Source: Eledone cirrhosa (Eukaryota). From it: a DNA stretch of 64,000 nucleotides. The stretch is from contig OZ024744.1 in assembly GCA_964016885.1 (NCBI GenBank), positions 6,572,001 to 6,636,000 on the forward strand, written 5' to 3'. The number at the start of each line of letters is the position of its first letter. Positions within the stretch are counted from its first letter, which is position 1. The notes under the pieces were generated by a model that did no database searches, was not told the DNA's origin, and saw only the letters and a list, made by a program, of their open reading frames with translations. This document shows positions 1 to 12,650 of the stretch, one piece after another. A program made the position numbers and the translations under genes.

Positions 1-3000
1 GTGTTGCAGTAACGGTTATTTCTACTGCAGTATTGCACTGATGTAGGTGTGGTGCAGTAACGGTTAGGTCTACTGCATTATTGCACTGATGTAGGTGTGG
101 TGCAGTAACGGTGATGTCTACTGCAGTATTGCACTGATGTAGGTGTGGTGCAGTAACGGCTATGTCTACTGCAGTATTGCACTGATGTAGGTGTAGTGCA
201 GTAACGGTTATGTCTACTGCAGTATTGCACTGATGTAGGTGTGGTGCTGTAACGGTTATGTCTATTGCAGTATTGCACTGAGGTAGGTGTGGTGCAGTAA
301 CGGTTATGTCTACTGCAGTATTGCACTGATGTAGGTATGGAGCAGTAACGGTTATGTCTACTGCAGTATTGCACTGATGTAGGTGTGGTGCAGTAGCGGT
401 TATTTCTACTGCAGTATTGCACTGATGTAGATGTGGTGCACTAACGTTTATATATACTGCAGTATTGCACTGAGGTAGTTGTGGTGCAGTAAAGGTTATG
501 TCTACTGCAATATTGCACTAGGTAGGTGTGGTGCAGTAACGATTATGTCTACTGCAGTATTGCACTGATGTAGGTGTGGTGCAGTAACAGTTATGTCTAC
601 TGCAGTATTGCACTGATGTAGGTGTGTTGCAGTAACGGTTATGTCTACTGCAGTATTGCACTGATGTACGTGTGGTGCAGTGACGGTTATGTCTATTGCA
701 GTATTGCACTGAGGTAGGTGTGGTGCAGTAACGGTTATTTCTACTGCAGTATTGCACTGATGTAGTGCAGTAACGGTTATGTCTACTGCAGTATTGCACT
801 TAAGTAGGTGTGGTGCAGTAACGGTTATGTCTACTGCAGTATTGCACTTAGGTAGGTGTGGTGCAGGAACAGTTATGTCTACTGCAGTATTGCACTTAGG
901 TAGGTGTGGTGCAGTAACGGTTATGTCTACTGCAGTATTGCACTGATGTAGGTGTGGTGCAGTAACGGATATTTCTACTGCAGTATTGCACTTAGGTAGG
1001 TGTGGTGCAGTAACGGTTATGTCTACTGCAGTATTGCACTGATGTAGGTGTGGTGCAGTAACGGTTATGTCTACTGCAGTATTGCACTGAGTTAGGTGTG
1101 GTGCAGTAACGATTATGTCGACTGCAGTATTACACTGATGTAGGTGTGGTGCAGTAACGGTTATGTCTACTGCAGTATTGCACTGATGTAGGTGTAGTGC
1201 AGTAACGGTTATGTCTACTGCAGTATTGCACTGATGTAGGTGTGGTGCTGTAACGGTTATGTCTATTGCAGTATTGCACTGAGGTAGATGTGGTGCAGTA
1301 ACGGTTATGTCTACTGCAGTATTGCACTGATGTAGGTATGGTGCAGTAACGGTTATGTCTACTGCAGTATTGCACTGATGTAGGTGTGGTGCAGTAACGG
1401 TTATGTCTACTGCTGTATTGCACTGATGTAGGTGTGGTGCAGTAACGGTTATGTCTACCGCATTATTGCACTGATGTAGGTGTGTTGCAGTAACGGTTAT
1501 GTCTAGTGCAGTATTGCACTGAGGTAGGTGTTGTGCAGTAACGGTTATTTCTACTGCAGTATTGCACTGATGTAGGTGTGGTGCAGTAACGGTTATGTCT
1601 ACTGTAGTATTGCACTGAGGTAGGTGTGGTGCAGTAACGGTTATGTCTACTGCAGTAGTGCACTGATGTAGGTGTGGTGCAGTAACGGTTATGTCTACTG
1701 CAATATTGCACTGATGTAGGTGTGGTGCAGTACGGTTAAATCTACTGCAGTATTGCACTGATGTAGGTGTGGTGCAGTAGCGGTTATTTCTACTGCAGTA
1801 TTGCACTGATGTAGATGTGGTGCACTAACGGTTATATATACTGCAGTATTGCACTGAGGTAGTTGTGGTGCAGGAACGGTTATGTCTACTGCAATATTGC
1901 ACTAGGTAGGTGTGGTGCAGTAAGGATTATGTCTACTTCAGTATTGCAATGATGTAGGTGTGGTGCAGTAACAGTTATGTCTACTGCAGTATTGCACTGA
2001 TGTAGGTGTGGTGCAGTAACGGTTATGTCTACTGCAGTATTGCACTGATGTACGTGTGGTGCAGTGAAGGTTATGTCTATTGCAGTATTGCACTGAGGTA
2101 GGTGTGGTGCAGCAACGGTTATTTCTACTGCAGTATTGCACTGATGTAGTTGTGGTGCAGTAACGGTTATGTCTACTGCAGTATTGCACTGAGGTAAATG
2201 TGGTGCAGTAACGGTTATGTCTACTGCATTATTGCACTGATGTAGGTGTGGTGCAGTAACGGTTATGTCTACTGCAGTATTGCACTTAGGTAGGTGTGGT
2301 GCAGTAACAGTTATGTCTACTGCAGTATTGCACTTAGGTAGGTGTGGTGCAGTAAAGCTTATGTCTACTGCAGTATTGCACTGATGTAGGTGTGGTGCAG
2401 TAACGGATATTTCTACTGCAGTATTGCACTGATGTGGGTGTGGTGCAGTAACGGTTATTTCTACTGCAGTATTGCACTGATGTAGGTGTGGTGCAGTAAC
2501 GGTTATGTCTACTGCAGTATTGCACTGATGTAGGTGTGGTGCAGTAACGGTTATGTCTACTGCTGTATTGCACTGATGTAGGTGTGGTGAAGTAGCGGTT
2601 ATTTCTACAGCAGTATTGCACTGATGTAAATGTGGTGCACTAACGGTTATGTATACTGCAGTGTTGCACTGAGGTAGTTGTGATGCAGTAACGGTTATGT
2701 CTACTGCAATATTGCACGTGGTAGGTGTGGTGCAGTAACGATTATGTCTACTGCAGTATTGCACTGATGTAGGTGTGGTGCAGTAACGGTTATTCTACTG
2801 CAGTATTGCACTGATGTAGGTGTGGTGCAGTAACGGTTATTTCTACTGCAGTATTGCACTGATGTAGGTGTGGTGCAGTAACGGTTATGTCTACTGCAGT
2901 ATTGCACTGATGTAGGTGTGGTGCAGTAACGGTTATGTCTACTGAAGTATTGCACTGATGTAGGTGTGGTGCAGTAACGGTTATGTCTACTGCAGTATTG

Positions 3001-6000
3001 CACTGATGTAGGTGTGGTGCAGTAACGGTTATGTCTACTGTAGTATTGCACTGATGTAGGTGTGATGCAGTAACGGTTATTTCTACTGCAGTATTACACT
3101 GATGTAGGTGTGGTGCAGTAACGGTTATGTCTACTGCAGTATTGCACTGAAGTAGATGTGGTGCAGTAACGGTTATGTCTACCGCAGTATTGCACTGAGG
3201 TAGGTGTGGTGCAGTATCGGTTATGTCTACTGCAGTATTTCACTGATGTAGGTGTGGTGCAGTAACGGGTATGTCTACTGCAGTATTGCACTATTGTAGG
3301 TGTAGTGCGGTAACGGTTATTTCTACTGCAGTATTGCACTGATGTAGGTGTGGTGCAGTAGCGGTTATTTCTACAGCAGTATTGCACTGATGTAGATGTG
3401 GTGCAGTAACGGTTATGTATACTGCAGTATTGCACTGATGTAGGTGTGGTGCAGTAACGGTTATGTCTACTGCAGTATTTCACTGATGTAGGTGTGGTGC
3501 AGTAACGGTTATGTCTACTGCAGTATTGCACTGAGGTAGGTGTGGTGCAGTAACGATTATGTCGACTGCAGTATTGCACTGAGGTAGGTGTGGTGCAGTA
3601 ACAGTTATTTCTACTGCAGTATTCCACTGAGGTAGGTGTGGTGCAGTAACGGTTATGTCTACTGCAGTATTGCACTGATGTAGGTGTGGTGCAGTAACGG
3701 TTATGTCTACTGCAGTATTGCACTGATGTAGGTGTGGTGCAGTAACGGTTATGTCTACTGCAGTATTGCACTGATGTAGGTGTGGTGCTGTAACGGTTAT
3801 GTCTATTGCAGTATTGCACTGAGGTAGGTGTGGTGCAGTAACGGTTATGTCTACTGCAGTATTGCACTGATGTAGGTATGGTGCAGTAACGGTTATGTCT
3901 ACTGCAGTATTGCACTGATGTAGGTGTGGTGCAGTAACGGTTATGTCTACTGCAGTATTGCACTGATGTAGGTGTGGTGCAGTAACGGTTATGTCTACTG
4001 CATTATTGCACTGATGTAGGTGTGGTGCAGTAACGGTTATGTCTAGTGCAGTATTGCACTGAGGTAGCTGTGGTGCAGTAACGGTTATTTCTACTGCAGT
4101 ATTGCACTGAGGTAGGTGTGGTGCAGTAACGGTTATGTCTACTGTAGTATTGCACTGAGGTAGGTGTGGTGCAGTAACGGTTATGTCTACTGCAGTATTG
4201 CACTGATGTAGGTGTGGTGCAGTAACGGTTATGTCTACTGCAGTATTGCACTGATATAGGTGTGGTGCAGTAGCGGTTATTTCTACAGCAGTATTGCACT
4301 GATGTAGATGTGGTGCACTAACGGTTATGTATACTGCAGTATTGCACTGAGGTAGTTGTGGTGGAGTAACGGTTATGTCTACTGCTATATTGCACTAGGT
4401 AGGTGCGGTACAGTAACGATTGTCTACTGCAGTATTGCACTGATGTAGGTGTGGTGCAGTAACAGTTATTCTACTGCAGTATTGCACTGATGTAGGTGTG
4501 GTGCAGTAACGGTTATGTCTACTGCAGTATTGCAATGATGTAGGTGTGGTGCAGTGACGGTTATTCTATTGCCTGTATTGCACTGAGGTAGGTGTGTTGC
4601 AGTAACGGTTATTTCTACTGCAGTATTGCACTGATGTAGGTGTGGTGCAGTAACGGTTAGGTCTACTGCATTATTGCACTGATGTAGGTGTGGTGCAGTA
4701 ACGGTGATGTCTACTGCAGTATTGCACTGATGTAGGTGTGGTGCAGTAACGGCTATGTCTACTGCAGTATTGCACTGATGTAGGTGTAGTGCAGTAACGG
4801 TTATGTCTACTGCAGTATTGCACTGATGTAGGTGTGGTGCTGTAACGGTTATGTCTATTGCAGTATTGCACTGAGGTAGGTGTGGTGCAGTAACGGTTAT
4901 GTCTACTGCAGTATTGCACTGATGTAGGTATGGAGCAGTAACGGTTATGTCTACTGCAGTATTGCACTGATGTAGGTGTGGTGCAGTAGCGGTTATTTCT
5001 ACTGCAGTATTGCACTGATGTAGATGTGGTGCACTAACGTTTATATATACTGCAGTATTGCACTGAGGTAGTTGTGGTGCAGTAAAGGTTATGTCTACTG
5101 CAATATTGCACTAGGTAGGTGTGGTGCAGTAACGATTATGTCTACTGCAGTATTGCACTGATGTAGGTGTGGTGCAGTAACAGTTATGTCTACTGCAGTA
5201 TTGCACTGATGTAGGTGTGTTGCAGTAACGGTTATGTCTACTGCAGTATTGCACTGATGTACGTGTGGTGCAGTGACGGTTATGTCTATTGCAGTATTGC
5301 ACTGAGGTAGGTGTGGTGCAGTAACGGTTATTTCTACTGCAGTATTGCACTGATGTAGTGCAGTAACGGTTATGTCTACTGCAGTATTGCACTTAAGTAG
5401 GTGTGGTGCAGTAACGGTTATGTCTACTGCAGTATTGCACTTAGGTAGGTGTGGTGCAGGAACAGTTATGTCTACTGCAGTATTGCACTTAGGTAGGTGT
5501 GGTGCAGTAACGGTTATGTCTACTGCAGTATTGCACTGATGTAGGTGTGGTGCAGTAACGGATATTTCTACTGCAGTATTGCACTTAGGTAGGTGTGGTG
5601 CAGTAACGGTTATGTCTACTGCAGTATTGCACTGATGTAGGTGTGGTGCAGTAACGGTTATGTCTACTGCAGTATTGCACTGAGTTAGGTGTGGTGCAGT
5701 AACGATTATGTCGACTGCAGTATTACACTGATGTAGGTGTGGTGCAGTAACGGTTATGTCTACTGCAGTATTGCACTGATGTAGGTGTAGTGCAGTAACG
5801 GTTATGTCTACTGCAGTATTGCACTGATGTAGGTGTGGTGCTGTAACGGTTATGTCTATTGCAGTATTGCACTGAGGTAGATGTGGTGCAGTAACGGTTA
5901 TGTCTACTGCAGTATTGCACTGATGTAGGTATGGTGCAGTAACGGTTATGTCTACTGCAGTATTGCACTGATGTAGGTGTGGTGCAGTAACGGTTATGTC

Positions 6001-7633
6001 TACTGCTGTATTGCACTGATGTAGGTGTGGTGCAGTAACGGTTATGTCTACCGCATTATTGCACTGATGTAGGTGTGTTGCAGTAACGGTTATGTCTAGT
6101 GCAGTATTGCACTGAGGTAGGTGTTGTGCAGTAACGGTTATTTCTACTGCAGTATTGCACTGATGTAGGTGTGGTGCAGTAACGGTTATGTCTACTGTAG
6201 TATTGCACTGAGGTAGGTGTGGTGCAGTAACGGTTATGTCTACTGCAGTAGTGCACTGATGTAGGTGTGGTGCAGTAACGGTTATGTCTACTGCAATATT
6301 GCACTGATGTAGGTGTGGTGCAGTACGGTTAAATCTACTGCAGTATTGCACTGATGTAGGTGTGGTGCAGTAGCGGTTATTTCTACTGCAGTATTGCACT
6401 GATGTAGATGTGGTGCACTAACGGTTATATATACTGCAGTATTGCACTGAGGTAGTTGTGGTGCAGGAACGGTTATGTCTACTGCAATATTGCACTAGGT
6501 AGGTGTGGTGCAGTAAGGATTATGTCTACTTCAGTATTGCAATGATGTAGGTGTGGTGCAGTAACAGTTATGTCTACTGCAGTATTGCACTGATGTAGGT
6601 GTGGTGCAGTAACGGTTATGTCTACTGCAGTATTGCACTGATGTACGTGTGGTGCAGTGAAGGTTATGTCTATTGCAGTATTGCACTGAGGTAGGTGTGG
6701 TGCAGCAACGGTTATTTCTACTGCAGTATTGCACTGATGTAGTTGTGGTGCAGTAACGGTTATGTCTACTGCAGTATTGCACTGAGGTAAATGTGGTGCA
6801 GTAACGGTTATGTCTACTGCATTATTGCACTGATGTAGGTGTGGTGCAGTAACGGTTATGTCTACTGCAGTATTGCACTTAGGTAGGTGTGGTGCAGTAA
6901 CAGTTATGTCTACTGCAGTATTGCACTTAGGTAGGTGTGGTGCAGTAAAGCTTATGTCTACTGCAGTATTGCACTGATGTAGGTGTGGTGCAGTAACGGA
7001 TATTTCTACTGCAGTATTGCACTGATGTGGGTGTGGTGCAGTAACGGTTATTTCTACTGCAGTATTGCACTGATGTAGGTGTGGTGCAGTAACGGTTATG
7101 TCTACTGCAGTATTGCACTGATGTAGGTGTGGTGCAGTAACGGTTATGTCTACTGCTGTATTGCACTGATGTAGGTGTGGTGAAGTAGCGGTTATTTCTA
7201 CAGCAGTATTGCACTGATGTAAATGTGGTGCACTAACGGTTATGTATACTGCAGTGTTGCACTGAGGTAGTTGTGATGCAGTAACGGTTATGTCTACTGC
7301 AATATTGCACGTGGTAGGTGTGGTGCAGTAACGATTATGTCTACTGCAGTATTGCACTGATGTAGGTGTGGTGCAGTAACGGTTATTCTACTGCAGTATT
7401 GCACTGATGTAGGTGTGGTGCAGTAACGGTTATTTCTACTGCAGTATTGCACTGATGTAGGTGTGGTGCAGTAACGGTTATGTCTACTGCAGTATTGCAC
7501 TGATGTAGGTGTGGTGCAGTAACGGTTATGTCTACTGAAGTATTGCACTGATGTAGGTGTGGTGCAGTAACGGTTATGTCTACTGCAGTATTGCACTGAT
7601 GTAGGTGTGGTGCAGTAACGGTTATGTCTACTG
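1..7633 (+). repeat. Higher-order duplication, offset 4593 bp (1-3040 copied at 4594-7633)
   Basis: Identical ORFs at 78/4671, 502/5095, 1130/5723, 1886/6479 and 2334/6927. Shared rare variants: 6-bp deletion at about 765/5358, aaagctt, cacgtgg. 4593 = 96x48 - 15, matching the sum of the small deletions I counted in 1-4593. Confidence 0.93.
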
Positions 7634-7994
7634 CATTATTGTACTGATGTAGGTGTGGTGCAGTAACGGTTATGTCTAGTGCAGTATTGCACTGAGGTAG
7701 GTGTGGTGCAGTAACGGTTATTTCTACTTCATTATTGCACTGATGTAGGTGTGGTGCAGTAACGGTTATGTCTACTGTAGTATTGCACTGAGGTAGGTGT
7801 GGTGCAGTAACGGTTATGTCTACTGCAGTATTGCACTGATGTAGGTGTGGTGCAGTAACGGTTATGTCTACTGCAGTATTCCATTGATGTAGGTGTGATG
7901 CAGTAACGGTTATGTCTACTGCAGTATTGCACTGATGTAGGTGTGGTGAAGTAGCGGTTATTTCTACAGCAGTATTGCACTGATGTAGATGTGG

Positions 7995-10900
7995 TGCACT
8001 AACGGTTATGTCTACTGCAGTGTTGCACTGAGGTAGTTGTGGTGCAGTAACGGTTATGTCTACTGCAATATTGCACTAGGTAGGTGTGGTGCAGTAACGA
8101 TTATGTCTACTGCAGTATAGCACTGATGCAGGTGTGGTGCAGTAACGGTTATTCTACTGCAGTATTGCACTGATGTAGGTGTGGTGCAGTAACGGTTATG
8201 TCTACTGCAGTATTGCACTGATGTAGGTGTGGTGCAGTAACGGTTATGTCTACTGCATTATTGCACTGATGTAGGTATGGTGCAGTAACGGTTATGTCTA
8301 CTGCAGTATTACACTGATGTAGGTGTGGTGCAGTAACGGTTATGTCTACTGCAGTATTGCACTGATGTAGGTGTAGTGTAGTAACGGCTATGTCTACTGC
8401 AGTATTGCACTGATGTAGGTGTGGTGCTGGAACGGTTATGTCTATTGCAGTATTACACTGAGGTAGGTGTGGTGCAGTAACGTTTATGTCTACTGCAGTA
8501 TTGCACTGATGTAGGTGTGGTGCAGTAACGGTTATGTCTACTGCATTATTGCACTGATGTAGGTGTGGTGCAGTAACGGTTATGTCTACTGCAGTATTAC
8601 ACTGATGTAGGTGTGGTGCAGTAACGGTTATGTCTATTGCAGTATTGCACTGATGTAGGTGTAGTGCAGTAACGGTTATGTCTACTGCAGTATTGCACTG
8701 ATGTAGGTGTGGTGCAGTAACGGTTATGTCTATTGCAGTATTGCACTGAGGTAGGTGTGGTGCAGTAACGGTTATGTCTACTGCAGTATTGCACTGATGT
8801 AGGTATGGTGCAGTAACGGTTATGTCTACTGTAGTATTGCACTGATGTAGGTGTGATGCAGTAACGGATATGTCTACTGCAGTATTGCACTGACATAGGT
8901 GTGGTGCAGTAACGGTTATGTCTACTGCAGTATTTCACTGATGTAGGTGTGGTGCAGTAACGGTTAAGTCTACTGCAGTATTGCACTGAAGTAAGTGTGG
9001 TGCAGTAACGGTTATGTCTACTGCAGTATTGCACTGATGTAGGTGTGGTGCAGTAACAGTTATGTCTACTGCAGTATTGCACTGATGTAGGTGTGGTGCT
9101 GTAAAGGTTATGTCTACTGCAGTATTGCACTGATGTAGGTTTGGTGCACTAACGGTTATGTCTACTGCATTATTGCACTGATGTAGATGTGGTGCAGTAA
9201 CGGTTATGTCTACTGCAGTATTGCACTGAGATAGGTGTGGTACAGTAACGGTTATTTCTACTGCAGTATTGCTCTGATGTAGATGTGGTGCATTAACGGT
9301 TATGTCTACTGCAGTATTGCACTGATGTAGGTGTGGTGCAGTAACAGTTATGTCTACTGAAGTATTGCACTGATGTAGATGTGGTGCACTAACGGTTATA
9401 TATACTGCAGTATTGCACTGAGGTAGTTGTGGTGCAGTGACGGTTATGTCTATTGCAGTATTGCACTGAGGTAGGTGTGGTGCAGTAACGGTTATTTCTG
9501 CTGCAGTATTGCACTGATGTAGTTGTGGTGCAATAACGGTTATGTCTACTGCAGTATTGCACTGAGATAAATGTGGTGCAGTAACGGTTATGTCTACTGC
9601 ATTATTGTACTGATGTAGGTGTGGTGCAGTAACGGTTATGTCTACTGCAGTATTGCACTTAGGTAGGTGTGGTGCAGTAACAGTTATGTCTACTGCAGTA
9701 TTGCACTTAGGTAGGTGTGGTGCAGTAACGGTTATGTCTACTGCAGTATTGCACTGATGTAGGTGTGGTGCGGTAACGGATATTTCTACTGCAGTATTGC
9801 ACTTAGGTAGGTGTGGTGCAGTAACGGTTATGTCTACTGCAGTATTGCACTGATGTAGGTGTGGTGCAGTAACGGTTATGTCTACTGCAGTATTGCACTG
9901 AGTTACGTGTGGTGCAGTAACGATTATGTCGACTGCAGTATTACACTGATGTAGGTGTGGTGCAGTAACGGTTATGTCTACTGCAGTATTGCACTGATGT
10001 AGGTGTAGTGCAGTAACGATTATTTCTACTGCAGTATTGCACTGATGTAGGTGTGGTGCTGTAACGGTTATGTCTATTGCAGTATTGCACTGAGGTAGGT
10101 GTGGTGCAGTAACGGTTATGTCTACTGCAGTATTGCACTGATGTAGGTATGGTGCAGTAACGGTTATGTCTACTGCAGTATTGCACTGATGTAGGTGTGG
10201 TGCAGTAACGGTTATGTCTACTGCTGTATTGCACTGATGTAGGTGTGGTGCAGTAACGGTTATGTCTACCGCATTATTGCACTGATGTAGGTGTGTTGCA
10301 CTAACGGTTATGTCTACTGCAGTGTTGCACTGAGGTAGTTGTGGTGCAGTAACGGTTATGTCTACTGCAATATTGCACTAGGTAGGTGTGGTGCAGTAAC
10401 GATTATGTCTACTGCAGTATAGCACTGATGCAGGTGTGGTGCAGTAACGGTTATTCTACTGCAGTATTGCACTTATGTAGGTGTGGTGCAGTAACGGTTA
10501 TTTCTACTGCAGTATTGCACTGATGTAGGTGTGGTGCAGTAACGGTTATGTCTACTGCAGTATTGCACTGATGTAGGTGTGGTGCAGTAACGGTTATGTC
10601 TACTGCATTATTGCACTGATGTAGGTATGGTGCAGTAACGGTTATGTCTACTGCAGTATTACACTGATGTAGGTGTGGTGCAGTAACGGTTATGTCTACT
10701 GCAGTATTGCACTGATGTAGGTGTAGTGCAGTAACGGCTATGTCTACTGCAGTATTGCACTGATGTAGGTGTGGTGCTGTAACGGTTATGTCTATTGCAG
10801 TATTACACTGAGGTAGGTGTGGTGCAGTAACGGTTATGTCTACTGCAGTATTGCACTGATGTAGGTGTGGTGCAGTAACGGTTATGTCTACTGCATTATT

Positions 10901-12650
10901 GCACTGATGTAGGTGTGGTGCAGTAACGGTTATGTCTACTGCAGTATTACACTGATGTAGGTGTGGTGCAGTAACGGTTATGTCTATTGCAGTATTGCAC
11001 TGATGTAGGTGTAGTGCAGTAACGGTTATGTTTACTGCAGTATTGCACTGATGTAGGTGTGGTGCTGTAACGGTTATGTCTATTGCAGTATTGCACTGAG
11101 GTAGGTGTGGTGCAGTAACGGTTATGTCTACTGCAGTATTGCACTGATGTAGGTATGGTGCAGTAACGGTTATGTCTACTGTAGTATTGCACTGATGTAG
11201 GTGTGATGCAGTAACGGATATGTCTACTGCAGTATTGCACTGACATAGGTGTGGTGCAGTAACGGTTATGTCTACTGCAGTATTTCACTGATGTAGGTGT
11301 GGTGCAGTAACGGTTAAGTCTACTGCAGTATTGCACTGAAGTAAGTGTGGTGCAGTAACGGTTATGTCTACTGCAGTATTGCACTGATGTAGGTGTGGTG
11401 CAGTAACAGTTATGTCTACTGCAGTATTGCACTGATGTAGGTGTGGTGCTGTAAAGGTTATGTCTATTGCAGTATTGCACTGATGTAGGTCTGGTGCAGT
11501 AACGGTTATGTCTACTGCATTATTGCACTGATGTAGATGTGGTGCAGAAACGGTTATGTCTACTGCAGTATTGCACTGAGATAGGTGTGGTACAGTAACG
11601 GTTATTTCTACTGCAGTATTGCACTGATGTAGATGTGGTGCATTAACGGTTATGTCTACTGCAGTATTGCACTGATGTAGGTGTGGTGCAGTAACAGTTA
11701 TGTCTACTGAAGTATTGCACTGATGTAGATGTGGTGCACTAACGGTTATATATACTGCAGTATTGCACTGAGGTAGTTGTGGTGCAGTGACGGTTATGTT
11801 TATTGCAGTATTGCACTGAGGTAGGTGTGGTGCAGTAACGGTTATTTCTGCTGCAGTATTGCACTGATGTAGTTGTGGTGCAGTAACGGTTATGTCTACT
11901 GCAGTATTGCACTGAGGTAAATGTGGTGCAGTAACGGTTATGTCTACTGCATTATTGTACTGATGTAGGTGTGGTGCAGTAACGGTTATGTCTACTGCAG
12001 TATTGCACTTAGGTAGGTGTGGTGCAGTAACAGTTATGTCTACTGCAGTATTGCACTTAGGTAGGTGTGGTGCAGTAACGGTTATGTCTACTGCAGTATT
12101 GCACTGATGTAGGTGTGGTGCAGTAACGGATATTTCTACTGCAGTATTGCACTTAGGTAGGTGTGGTGCAGTAACGGTTATGTCTACTGCAGTATTGCAC
12201 TGATGTAGGTGTGGTGCAGTAACGGTTATGTCTACTGCAGTATTGCACTGAGTTAGGTGTGGTGCAGTAACGATTATGTCGACTGCAGTATTACACTGAT
12301 GTAGGTGTGGTGCAGTAACGGTTATGTCTACTGCAGTATTGCACTGATGTAGGTGTAGTGCAGTAACGGTTATGTCTACTGCAGTATTGCACTGATGTAG
12401 GTGTGGTGCTGTAACGGTTATGTCTATTGCAGTATTGCACTGAGGTAGGTGTGGTGCAGTAACGGTTATGTCTACTGCAGTATTGCACTGATGTAGGTAT
12501 GGTGCAGTAACGGTTATGTCTACTGCAGTATTGCACTGATGTAGGTGTGGTGCAGTAACGGTTATGTCTACTGCTGTATTGCACTGATGTAGGTGTGGTG
12601 CAGTAACGGTTATGTCTACCGGATTATTGCACTGATGTAGGTGTGTTGCA
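7995..12650 (+). repeat. Tandem duplication, offset 2302 then 2350 bp (one-monomer difference between copies)
   Basis: ORFs 8597/10947 and 9941/12291 are offset by 2350. The cactagg anchors at about 8078/10380 are offset by 2302. Shared variants include tgatgcagg and tgacatagg. Confidence 0.88.

Noticed and set aside
2867-2878. Chi site, minisatellite core or G-quadruplex in GGTGTGGTGCAG
   Set aside because: It is not GCTGGTGG. The consensus has only GG doublets (three per monomer, no GGG), so a stable G4 is unlikely.
2867-2914. tRNA- or SINE-derived monomer, or metal-response element
   Set aside because: No recognisable A/B boxes or cloverleaf. TGCACTG and TGCACCA do not fit the MRE consensus TGCRCNC.
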